Part shown: positions 21,201-30,200 of the stretch, in pieces
Layout of the letters: each line of letters opens with the position of its first letter
Position numbering within the stretch: the first letter of the stretch is position 1
NCBI GenBank assembly: GCA_041740355.1
Contig: JBGSMD010000061.1
Coordinates: 9,514-73,513, forward strand
Direction: 5' to 3'
DNA from: Bdellovibrionota bacterium
GTDB taxonomy: Bacteria; Bdellovibrionota_C; UBA2361; CALJRW01
Length of the DNA: 64,000 bases
Made by a program: the position numbers and the translations under genes
The notes under the pieces: model-generated
Database searches by the model: none
Seen by the model: only the letters and a program-made list of their open reading frames with translations
What the model was told of the DNA's origin: nothing

Positions 21201-23757
21201 CTAAAACTGTTGAGTTTCTTACTCCATCTTGATCTGGATCAGGATAAGCCCTACGCCACTTAGAGTTATCATTTGGTAAACAATCTAATGTGTTTGCAGT
21301 AATATCACCATCAATGTCAGAATCACAAGTATCTCCAATTCCATCATTATCAAGATCCGCTTGGTTCGCATTAGAAATTGTTGGGCAATTATCGGGTCCA
21401 TTTGTCACAAAAGTAAATCCTGTGCCTGCAGTTGTTCCAAAGCAATTATTAAGATCTAAAGTCGCAGTGTCTCTAACTCCATCTCGATCTGTATCTGCAT
21501 AAGCTCTACGCCATTTGGAGTTATCAGTAGGTGCACAATCAGAAGAATCTGGAATTCCATCAGAATCAGAATCAGTGTTAACAATTGTAGATCCAGTACT
21601 AATAGTCATCCTGAATTCACTGACTAAACCATTGCCAACGACATCCCTAATGCCACCAGCAGGTAAAATAACTTCATATGTAGTATTAGCTAAAAGATTA
21701 TTAGTAGGTGAAAAATTAATAATTCCCATTTGGGTAGAGTATGTACCTGCAATTGCAGAACCACCAACTGGTCGGACGATAAAGTTTGTTGAATTTAAAC
21801 TATTAACATCAATTTGATCACTCATGGAAAAACCTATCCGTGAAGTCAGTGCTATATTTGTGCTATTTCTATTAGGATTTACAAATTCCACTTTTGGACC
21901 AAGTGTATCAGGTGCTTCTGTAATGGCAATAAATCGTGCATCTGCTCCATCTCCACCAAGAAAAGCCATGTTACCAAGGGGGTATATAAAATCAGCAGGT
22001 CGCTGAAGATCAAAATCTTTTCTAACGGCTAATGTCTCAGCATCGAAGCTCATGTAGGTATTATTACCTGGCGTAATTAGTCCTCGGCCATCTTTAAATA
22101 CTAAGTATCGAGGATTACCCCATCCGACTCGAATTGAGCCAACGTATGTCATTTGAGGCTTGATATTCCAGTTTTGATCGGCAAATTCATAAACATTAAT
22201 TACTTTAGAATTTACATTATCACTAGAGTCATTTCTTTGATCTCTTTGATCCGTATTATAAAGTCTGCGTCCATAAACCATTGAGGTATACGGTTGTTCC
22301 AACACACCCTTTGGGCCATCGCTGTAAACAGTATCCCCAATTTTATTAAAAACTGCTGGATTACTAATGTCATATAAGGCTGACCCTTTAGTCTCACTAC
22401 CAGTGACTAGTAGAATATTACCGATGCCATGAACACTGCCTGGTGTAAAATCAACATTAGTATTACCGGGATTTGTGAAAGTTACATTTCTACTCCCTGG
22501 GGCAGTAGAGCTCATCTTCCAAGAATCAAGACTTGTTCCTGCTGCATAACCACTACTACCACTAAACACAAAAGGTGCTTGAACAAATTTCCAAATACTA
22601 TACGGACGAGAAGTTCCTATAATATTATTATTATTTCCGACGTTCGTGCCTGTCTTAAACTCTTGTAAATAAATACTTCCACCATTTGTAGATACGGTAA
22701 AAGAATCTCCCCACAAACCTAAACTATGAGGCTTCTCATTATTTCCACCCCTGATTTCCTTTAGTCTAACTGGGGCAATTGGATTGTTAATATTATACCA
22801 GAGATGATGAGTTTGATTTTCGTTGAGTTTGGTGCCAATTCCTATATAGAATGTGCCATGCTGAAACTCGGCCATGGAGGGACTCTGTCCAACATCTTGG
22901 AATTGATATACCGTTTTCCCAATTTGGCTTGCTGTAAAAGTCGATTGAGTAATTCCAACTGAATTTAAAGGTGTTGCTGACGGGGATGGCGTCGGATTGC
23001 CAGTTGGATTAGGTGTCGGATTTAGAGTTGGGATTGGAGTTGGCCCTGAAGTCGTTGGCTTAATAGCAAATAAAGAATTAATCTCTCCATTATTTAATCT
23101 TCTACTGTAGAAAAAAAGCTCGTCAATCTTTCCCTTTAATCCATATCCATTACCAGCCATTGCACCAGAGTAAGTAGTAGCATTGCTTGAAAAAGTTGGA
23201 TTGATACTGGAACTAACATTATTAGCTACTCCATTTAAATAAATAGTTGCAGAGCCAGAAGCTCTGCTTGCAGGTCGATCAACAACAAGAACAATATGAT
23301 TCCATGAATCTGTCGCTAGCACGCTATTGGCGGTATAGGCATATTGCCCATAAACGCCATTTGCAGATTCTAACATAACCATAAATCGATTATTGTTAAA
23401 TTCTCTTATTGTGAAGCGCAAGCCATCAACATTTCCACCACCGCCACTATTAGCTACTATTGTTTGCACGCTAGAATTTGGCGCATTACCATTCACCCAA
23501 ACCCAAGCTGAAATAGTAAAACTATCGCCTAAATTAATATTTCCATGCGAAACTGAATTTGTCCCAGTAAAAACTACTTCAGTACCATCATATTTTATTA
23601 AGGATGCATCTGAGTATGGAAAACTTTGCGCATAGGATACGTTTGTTTGGAAAAATAATAATAAATGAAAGCTAAGTATTAATCGAATAAGTGCCCGGCC
23701 TGAAGATGTAACTTGGAGAGTAAATTTCTGCCTAAAATTTATATCCATGATAATCAA
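18262..23757 (-). CDS. 1831-aa exported multidomain protein: LamG-like, PT linker, beta-rich region, Ig-like (Big_5), TSP3-type Ca-binding repeats, PKD, YVTN beta-propeller, di-heme cytochrome c (CCP/MauG-like)
   Basis: Signal-like N-terminus; FTISAWV…WNHIV…GKIDEL; DNCP..SN.NQ.D.D.DGIGD.CD repeats; FGFGDGT; VWNVNPDNNTVT; CASCH (19021-19035) and CESCH (18604-18618). Confidence 0.85.
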   Translation of the reverse strand: MIIMDINFRQKFTLQVTSSGRALIRLILSFHLLLFFQTNVSYAQSFPYSDASLIKYDGTEVVFTGTNSVSHGNINLGDSFTISAWVWVNGNAPNSSVQTIVANSGGGGNVDGLRFTIREFNNNRFMVMLESANGVYGQYAYTANSVLATDSWNHIVLVVDRPASRASGSATIYLNGVANNVSSSINPTFSSNATTYSGAMAGNGYGLKGKIDELFFYSRRLNNGEINSLFAIKPTTSGPTPIPTLNPTPNPTGNPTPSPSATPLNSVGITQSTFTASQIGKTVYQFQDVGQSPSMAEFQHGTFYIGIGTKLNENQTHHLWYNINNPIAPVRLKEIRGGNNEKPHSLGLWGDSFTVSTNGGSIYLQEFKTGTNVGNNNNIIGTSRPYSIWKFVQAPFVFSGSSGYAAGTSLDSWKMSSTAPGSRNVTFTNPGNTNVDFTPGSVHGIGNILLVTGSETKGSALYDISNPAVFNKIGDTVYSDGPKGVLEQPYTSMVYGRRLYNTDQRDQRNDSSDNVNSKVINVYEFADQNWNIKPQMTYVGSIRVGWGNPRYLVFKDGRGLITPGNNTYMSFDAETLAVRKDFDLQRPADFIYPLGNMAFLGGDGADARFIAITEAPDTLGPKVEFVNPNRNSTNIALTSRIGFSMSDQIDVNSLNSTNFIVRPVGGSAIAGTYSTQMGIINFSPTNNLLANTTYEVILPAGGIRDVVGNGLVSEFRMTISTGSTIVNTDSDSDGIPDSSDCAPTDNSKWRRAYADTDRDGVRDTATLDLNNCFGTTAGTGFTFVTNGPDNCPTISNANQADLDNDGIGDTCDSDIDGDITANTLDCLPNDNSKWRRAYPDPDQDGVRNSTVLDLNNCFGTNAGTGFTFATNGPDNCPAVSNQNQADSDNDGIGDLCDSDFSLTDSDLDGTPNTSDCAPIDNSKWRRAYADTDRDGVRDTATLDLNNCFGTTASTGFTFAMNGPDNCPIISNSNQNDLENDGIGDVCDSDIDGDDTANTLDCLPNDNSKWRRAYPDTDQDGIRNSSVLDPNNCFGTNAVTGFTFATNGLDNCPTVSNANQSDVDSDGIGDICDNCPNISNANQADVNNNLIGDLCENFSLPVITSFTASQSPVAIGINTTLTIITSGSSAQNPYEYSFGFGDGTSSEFSSSNTLTKSFATPGRYSLSARVRNSKGTISKALTLVVYERTSISPTNSSTIIFDSTRNKVWNVNPDNNTVTRIDGVTSNKDFEIAVGKTPQSLALSSDSSEIWVACEESDNIYVLNAANGAEKQQIAIARGSRPMGLVFAPNGSAVYVASTGTGKLLKFNTSKALVGEVELGLDIRSIAVSSNSSRIFVTRFISPYIDGLTDVGEVFEVNANTFQKTRKIDLVFDNGFDTTASGRGVPNYLIGITISPDGKHAIVPAKKDNTARGKFRDGLPLGTENTVRSITSRLDLITNQENLDYRSDLNDQGMASAITFSPYGDIYFGTFVLNDEVLVFRTSEGIPFTSIKVGSGPLGLVFSTSGEKLYVHNFLSRSVTTIDSSGLINGTSFELTKVKDTATVVNESLAQNVLRGKKVFYNADDTRMNDVGYMSCASCHFDGGHDGRVWDFTDRGEGLRKTASLKGLSGTAHGVLHASGNFDEIQDFEHDIRGKVVDEIRIGLGGTGFLSDSAQQFASRTPLGSKKEGLSQELDDLASYVASLTTVPASPKRTSSGMLTPSAIRGSSHFRDLGCESCHKTPVFTDSMIIAPLIRHDVGTIKPNSGKRLGGVLDGFDTPRLTGLWGTSPYLHDGSAKTLNEVFNVTNAPANTPHAEVRKLSTPAQQELIDFLVQIDDKNLRRPQTPTATRIR
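20883..21545. repeat. Intragenic direct repeat: 138-nt blocks at 20883-21020 and 21408-21545
   Basis: 4 mismatches in 138 nt, offset 525 nt (175 codons). Confidence 0.9.
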
Positions 23758-23898
23758 AACGTAAAACCAATAATCTCAGCTAGTTGATGTGCAATATTTT
23801 TCCATAATAACTTAACATTAAGATGCAATTTAAGAATTTTAGCTTCTAAATTATGACTCTCTAAATTAATGTCTTTTGTTAACATTTGTAGTGATTTT

Positions 23899-26403
23899 CT
23901 AATTTGAAGCCGTAAAAACCACTTCAGGTGACTTTGAACTTTCTAAGCCATCAGAATTATACGCCGCAACAGCTACATAATATGTACTTCCTACATTTAA
24001 ATTGCTTAAAACTAAACTGGTATTTAACCCAACATCTTGCCCTACCCCATATACTTTTGGAGCAGTCCCCATATAGACTCGATAACCTGCTAGATTTGAA
24101 ATATTCGATCCATCAACATTTTTGCTAACCTGCGACCAATCAAATGTCTTACTAACTTTATTTCCTTGACTAGAATTAATGACAACCTGCACATCATCAA
24201 ATGCAACCCCACCAGAAACTAGAGTAACGCTAAACCTAAAAACATAAGTTCCAGCTACTAACCCTGAGACAGCTAACCTATTTGTATTTTGACCAGATAG
24301 ATTTGCTACTCCACCACTTAATTTCGTCCAACTTTGAGTTACGACATTATTAGCAAAAACAGTTCCAACTAAATTAACAGAATTATTTGGAAGCATAATA
24401 GTTTGATCATTACCAGCACTAACTAAAGTACTTGCCAAGAGACAAGAATTACCATCTAAGAGATAACCATTATTACAAATTGATACGTTACAAGTACCCC
24501 AACTACTCCACTGATCATTCTTACAACTCCTAATTTGTAGGCCGACTCCATTTATAATATTACAAGATTGACTCTGCGGGCCTTGGCAGGAAATTGATGT
24601 TGGAATCCCTTTAGCATAAATTTCAGCCACAGAGATATAACTTGCTCCACTATAATCCTGATTTGCCTGAAGGCGAATATACCTTCCAAGCTGAGGGGTA
24701 TTAAAAGCAACTGTTTGTTCAGCACTAGAATTTACAAAACTACCACTAGCAACTGCGCTACCCCAGTTTATTCCATCTGAACTTACAAAAATCTCATAGG
24801 CCGCTAAACGACCATTCGGGGAACTTTGTCTGGGAAGATATCTAAATTCTGTAAGATAGAATGTACCATTCAGATTAATATCAATATAATATGGTGCTGT
24901 CTGATATTGCCCATTTAACCAACTAGTATGCCAAAAAGTATTAGTTGTACTATCAATTGCATTGGTAGCACGATTATTGTCCCCAAGTATTTCTTGACTA
25001 CTAAAGCCATGGATCGACCAAGTACTACGATTTAATTCTACGGAATCATTTGTATTTATCCTCACTGCTGAACAGTTATCAGCGTTACCACCATTTAACC
25101 CCTGACAATTCCAAATATATAAATCGTTTGTACTATTGATACTTGATGGAATACCACTTAAACATAAATTAGAAGTTGGTAGAGTTGTATAACTTAGTTG
25201 AGTAGCATTACCACAAAATCCATTAATCAAACTTGGCGGGCTTGGAGTAACAGTTGGAGATGGATTTGGTGTGATAATAGGAGTAGGTGATGGGCTAATT
25301 GTTGGAAGTGGTGTTGGTGGTGGTAACTGCACATCTCCTAAGTTAAGTAAACTTACTATGTTGGAGAAGGGTGACTCAACCTTAACCCCCTGACCTTCTT
25401 GATTATTTATTAGTAAGTAATCCGTAACCTTAAATACCAATGAATTGAAGTCATTTAAACCATCAATTATTTTTTGATTTTCTAAAGTAAAATCAAAAAA
25501 TTGAAATGTCACTCCACTGTCTACACTCATATACACTACAGAGCTACTAGTGGCACTTTCCCACATTAACTTTACGGAATTTTGATTTAACTTTGATGCT
25601 ACTAAGTTTTTTGGAGCATCCAACTTAAGCTCCTCTTCAATACTAAAATTATTTCTTAAATCACTACAGATTGACTCATAAACCGTACTTAGTAGCTGTC
25701 CATACTGCGCGTATACTAGATCGGAAGCAAGACTAATCTCATATTTTCGTATCTTCTTATTAACTGCAACTAATTCATTTTTTAATGACTCATTTTTAAA
25801 ACTATTTCGCTTGCTTTTTAAATTTCTTAATTTTTGCTTACTTGATTTAATTTTTTTACTCTTTATGATCTCTGATATATGGTTATTAATTGCTTCTGAA
25901 AGTAAATAAAAATCTTCGCCTCTATTGTCAGCATCAATAAAAGAGCTATTTTCTCTACATGCCAACGATTGTTTTCCAAGCAGGAGTTTATAATCAACTT
26001 TCTCCACGCTAGAATTATCATCTAAGACAATAGTCAACGGAACTAAGCAAGCTGGGCTAGACTTAATTTCATGATCAGCAGTAAAAATTTGTTTTATCAG
26101 GAACTCGTAATCATTTTCTGCCGTATATGATTTGAGTCCAATTTGAAGCTGCTTCAGGCCTTTTTTAATTTTATTATATGAACGCTTACTTTGATATGCG
26201 GTGTTAAGGGTATCTTCAGAACATAAGTTTAAATCAAGAATCTCGCCAATTTTTTGTGTTGGAATATTAACAATCTTCAAATTACTATTTTTCTTATCTA
26301 AGACCTGACTAAGGTTACTAGGCATTCCTATAGAAAGAATCATTATGCAAAATATTAAGATTGCGACAATATGTCTGAATTGATTATTGAAAATCCGATT
26401 CAT
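23899..26403 (-). CDS. 834-aa exported protein: unnamed N-terminal domain, FN3-like, PT linker, NGxCG Cys repeat, F5/8 type C (CBM32-like), PKD-like, FN3
   Basis: NAIDSTTNTFWHT…YLPR…VSSDG..W; VSAGNDQTI.LP…GTYVFR; LAGYRVY…YYVAVAAYN. Confidence 0.8.
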   Translation of the reverse strand: MNRIFNNQFRHIVAILIFCIMILSIGMPSNLSQVLDKKNSNLKIVNIPTQKIGEILDLNLCSEDTLNTAYQSKRSYNKIKKGLKQLQIGLKSYTAENDYEFLIKQIFTADHEIKSSPACLVPLTIVLDDNSSVEKVDYKLLLGKQSLACRENSSFIDADNRGEDFYLLSEAINNHISEIIKSKKIKSSKQKLRNLKSKRNSFKNESLKNELVAVNKKIRKYEISLASDLVYAQYGQLLSTVYESICSDLRNNFSIEEELKLDAPKNLVASKLNQNSVKLMWESATSSSVVYMSVDSGVTFQFFDFTLENQKIIDGLNDFNSLVFKVTDYLLINNQEGQGVKVESPFSNIVSLLNLGDVQLPPPTPLPTISPSPTPIITPNPSPTVTPSPPSLINGFCGNATQLSYTTLPTSNLCLSGIPSSINSTNDLYIWNCQGLNGGNADNCSAVRINTNDSVELNRSTWSIHGFSSQEILGDNNRATNAIDSTTNTFWHTSWLNGQYQTAPYYIDINLNGTFYLTEFRYLPRQSSPNGRLAAYEIFVSSDGINWGSAVASGSFVNSSAEQTVAFNTPQLGRYIRLQANQDYSGASYISVAEIYAKGIPTSISCQGPQSQSCNIINGVGLQIRSCKNDQWSSWGTCNVSICNNGYLLDGNSCLLASTLVSAGNDQTIMLPNNSVNLVGTVFANNVVTQSWTKLSGGVANLSGQNTNRLAVSGLVAGTYVFRFSVTLVSGGVAFDDVQVVINSSQGNKVSKTFDWSQVSKNVDGSNISNLAGYRVYMGTAPKVYGVGQDVGLNTSLVLSNLNVGSTYYVAVAAYNSDGLESSKSPEVVFTASN

Positions 26404-26509
26404 GCTTTTTTTGTATTTAATCTCAAAATTTGGTGTAAGATTTCTAGCTTAATAATTTCATTATTCTCCATTTTATTTTACTTTCTAAGACTTGAGGTTC
26501 TATCGAGAA

Positions 26510-26537
26510 CTATCGACTATATAAGCATTAAACTTAA
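26510..26537 (-). promoter_or_regulatory. Sigma-28 (FliA)-like promoter for the 834-aa gene
   Basis: Minus strand TTAAGTTT-N12-GTCGATAG vs consensus TAAAGTTT-N11-GCCGATAA; AGGTCTTAAGTTT is identical upstream of the paralog. Confidence 0.5.
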
Positions 26538-26888
26538 GACCTAATTTTTGATTACTGACTCGTAAACCTTCGGCTGTAGTAATGCAGAAAAAGTTTCTAA
26601 TTCTTGTATCCTTGTAATTTATTCAGTAAAAATTTAGCTTTCTATTAAGAAATCTTATGAATATAAAGTATCCAGTAGTTTGATAAATTTGAAAAATTAG
26701 TAGAAATTTAGAATACTTATTCCGAATTAGCTTGTAGTTTTAGAATAGTTAGTGAAGTAACGTATTGAGCTTATTTTCTAAATTATAGACCCAGGATACT
26801 TGAGAACACTAGAAATTACCGTTTTAAAAATCTAGTTGCCTAGTAAATCAAGCACAAAGTGCTTGTAGTGAACTTTAGAGGGGCTCTG

Positions 26889-27199
26889 TGAAATTCGCCA
26901 AAATCTTGGATAATAATCCCTATATACCTTTCTGATGAATTTGAACAAATTCATCAGGACTACAATACTCAAGAGAAGAATGCATTCTCTTCGGATTGTA
27001 GAAATTCTCAATCCAGTTAGTAATACTGGATAATGTTTATATTTTCAATTTTATTTAGATTGATAAATCAGCTCAACTTTTAGAGTAGGAAAGAAAGATT
27101 CTGCAACTGCTTTGTCCCAGCAATTGTCCTTTCTGCTTATACTTGGTGTGATGTTGTTTTTTAGCAAGTGAATTTTAGAAATCATAATTTGAATAAACT
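26889..27199 (-). pseudogene. IS3-family transposase 3' remnant with a putative right inverted repeat
   Basis: Minus strand reads SISRKDNCWDKAVAESFFPTLKVELIY, then (after stop/frameshift) WIENFYNPKRMHSSLEYCSPDEF; TGAAATTCGCCAAAATCTTGGATA at 26889 resembles an IS3 TG-start end. Confidence 0.85.
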
Positions 27200-27201
27200 G
27201 T

Positions 27202-27242
27202 AGTAGTCACGATTTGAACTGTCAAATCAAGTCGTGACTACT
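27202..27242. terminator. Hairpin with GTAG/CTAC ends (REP-like) just downstream of the 1385-aa gene
   Basis: AGTAGTCACGATTTGA…TCAAGTCGTGACTACT, 16-bp stem with 1 mismatch. Confidence 0.55.
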
Positions 27243-27260
27243 TCAGATTAGAATTGTAGG

Positions 27261-30200
27261 TTAATTTTTATGCTCAATCCACATATTTCCTACAAATCCG
27301 GTAAAGCCAAATTCACTATAATATCTCTCATTGTATGCAAAAATTGCAGGATGTCCCCAAGCATCTTCTTGACCCATTAAACTTGCCGCTAATACTGGGC
27401 CAGCCATAGCTGGCCAGACAACATGACGATAACCACTCTGAGGATCCCTGTCGTCCTGACGGGTATCAAACCAATGTCTTACTCCCCATTCAGGCATGCC
27501 AATATCACTTTGCAAAAATGTTTGAGTGGGTATTTCAAAAAATCTTGCTGGAGGTTCCGTATATTTACCAACATCGTTGACTCTATACTTACCATCGCTA
27601 TTTAAGATACAAGCTGGTAATAATGCGATTTGATCTTTACGTAGGCGCCAAGGAGGATTTGGATCACACTCCAAACAATGCTCTCCACCTTCTGGTCCAC
27701 AGACGAAAAATGTTTGCGTATCTTCTTGGAAAATTGTTACATCTTTGGCAAATGCTCGAAGCACAGGATCATCTAACATTACTGCTGCCAGAAAAACTGG
27801 AAACTTACGTCCACCTTTGTGACCACCATCATGGTAGAAATTGCCCCCATTAGTGATGTAGCTCCAAATATCAATTCCACTTTGAATTGACCGAATAGCA
27901 GCGCGCTCTTTGTCTGCTTGTGAATTATTCAGATTTAACCAGAGACCTACTTCTCCCCATTTATAGGATATTTCTCTGCCGTAAGTCGAAGCACCATCAA
28001 ATCTATAAGAAGAAAGATTATTATTGGCAGCAAGAACACCATCCGCCCAGCTTCCGCCCCATTCCCACCAAGCAAGTGCAGGTAAAATTGATTCAATATA
28101 TTGCTTAGTTGGAGACCCAGGAACATGCTCTAGATTTTTCAGAACTGAATAATCAATTTGACTCTTATTCCAGCGAATAGTTCGATCTGTTCCATAAGGT
28201 CCTGGACGAAATGAACCAGCTGGAGGCGCGCTATCAAGAACTGTAAGAACACAAACTGTATCAACAAACTTAGGATATGTATTCATTGTTCTGGAAGATG
28301 CTAAGGAATCTCCAGCATTCAGGCTAATTGGAAATGACAAAGCAACATTTAAATTCAGATCATAACTAGTTTGGGGTATTGTTGGTGCATTTGCATCAAA
28401 ACCATGTTTTTGATTAGGAATTGGATTGATCATTGATCCATGTAGAGTCTTTGTACATTTATCAGTTTTTCCATCGGCATCAGGAACGCAAACTGGTGTC
28501 AGAGTAGGATTTGGATAAATATAATTTATACTAACTGGACCAACTACCCAAGCTTCTCCGTTGGCAAAATTACCACACTGCTTCTCACCTGTAATTGTCC
28601 AGGTAATTCCATGTTGACTAATAATCGTATTGCCGCCTGACTTCGTGCAAGTTGCATCACCATATCCTGCTGGCCAAACAATAGGATCTTTCACTGCAGC
28701 ATTATTATCTAACACAGGTGACGGTTTTGGAGCTGGAGGAGTTGGTGGAGGAGGAGGATTTCCTATATTAAACAAATTTGATATCTCATTTTGACTAAGT
28801 ACATAATCATAAACTCTAAAATCATCAAGCTCACCAGTTAAATCTATACCATCAGCGGTTGGGTATCTGCCAAGAAAGTTACCTTGTGCTAGAGTGGAAG
28901 AATATGAAATATCTTCAGTAAAACTCGCCGTCGCGCTAATTACTTTATCGACATAAATTCTTTGTTGATTTTTATTACTATCTAAAACTAGAACAATATG
29001 ATGCCAACCAGTACCGCTAAAAGTTTTACTTGTCTCTAAGGTATTCCATTGATTTTCTTTGTGATATGATGCAGCTAATCTGCTGCCAGGATTATTCGTA
29101 AACTTTAAGCTTACATGATTACTAAAATTTATGATTTGCCCACCTCGATAAGATATATCATCAAGTTTTGCCCAAATAGAAAAGCTTAAAACTTGCCGAT
29201 CCTTAATTATATCAGGCAAAGTCAAGCTATTTCCCTTCACTAATTTGATAGCCTTACTTCCTTCTACTCCATTTACAAAGGTTACTGCTTGATTTGTTCT
29301 AGGATCTGGATTCAGAATTCCATTACTATAATTACCTGTTTTGTCTGTAACACTAGTTCCACTTCCTTCATTAAAGTCATAATGAGCAATAAGTCCGGTA
29401 AAGGTCTGTGGTCTTGAAGTCTTAATAGCTGAACAATTAGCAGTTGATCCACCTACACCACCTATACATGACCAAGTATAAATATTATTATTAAGAATAG
29501 GAACAGAAGAAGAATCACTTTCGATACAAAGATTAACTGTTGGAATTGATGAAACTGTTGTGCCATTTGCTGATCCACAAATCCCATTTTCTGAACCAAT
29601 TCCTGCTGTCTTATTAGCAGAACAACTAGCAGTTGACCCACCGTTACTACCAGCACAGATCCAAGCATATACACTACCATTTGCTACTCCAGAGACAGTC
29701 CCTGCTGAACATAAATTAGTTGTCGGTGAGGCTGAAACTGTTGTGCCATTTGCTGATCCACAAATTCCATTTGCTGGTGAAACACCATTTAAACTGCCTT
29801 TGATGTTAAGTTCTGCTATAGAAATATATTGTGCTCCAGCATGATCGGCATCCGCCTCTAATCTTAGATATCTACCAGTTACTGAACTAAAGCTGACTTC
29901 TTGTTCATTAGCAGAACCCGCAAAATTACCTGTATTAATAGGACTTCCCCAAGTACTGCCATTTGTACTGACATAGATCCGATACTCAGCCAATCTACCA
30001 TTTGGATTATCACTTCTTGGTAGATATTTAAATCCGGTTAAATTATAAGTCGCTCCTAGATTTATACTAATATTGTATGGTGCTGCCTGAAATTGACCAT
30101 TAAACCACTTTGTGTGCCAGAAGGTATTGGTAGTTCCATCAATAGCATTTGTTGCTGCGTTATTTGCACCTGTTAACTCCTCACTACTAACATTATGGAT

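Noticed and set aside
20883-21545. Near-identical repeat pair as a DGR template/variable repeat
   Set aside because: Both copies are in-frame in one gene, mismatches are not adenine-specific, and no reverse transcriptase is present
26932-26957. CTGATGA hammerhead-ribozyme-like core on both strands
   Set aside because: No GAAA after a stem II and no stems I/III; it is a simple palindrome overlapping the SPDEF codons
26946-27108. Duplicated 'non-coding' block (with 31881-32033) first read as a conserved structured leader RNA, since it folds into hairpins with an apparent G-U covariation
   Set aside because: Minus-strand translation gives the IS3 transposase C-terminus and most changed codons are synonymous; coding ancestry explains the conservation
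29551-29766. 32-nt exact direct repeat GAAACTGTTGTGCCATTTGCTGATCCACAAAT
   Set aside because: Explained by adjacent NGICGSANGTTVS protein repeats; not a separate element
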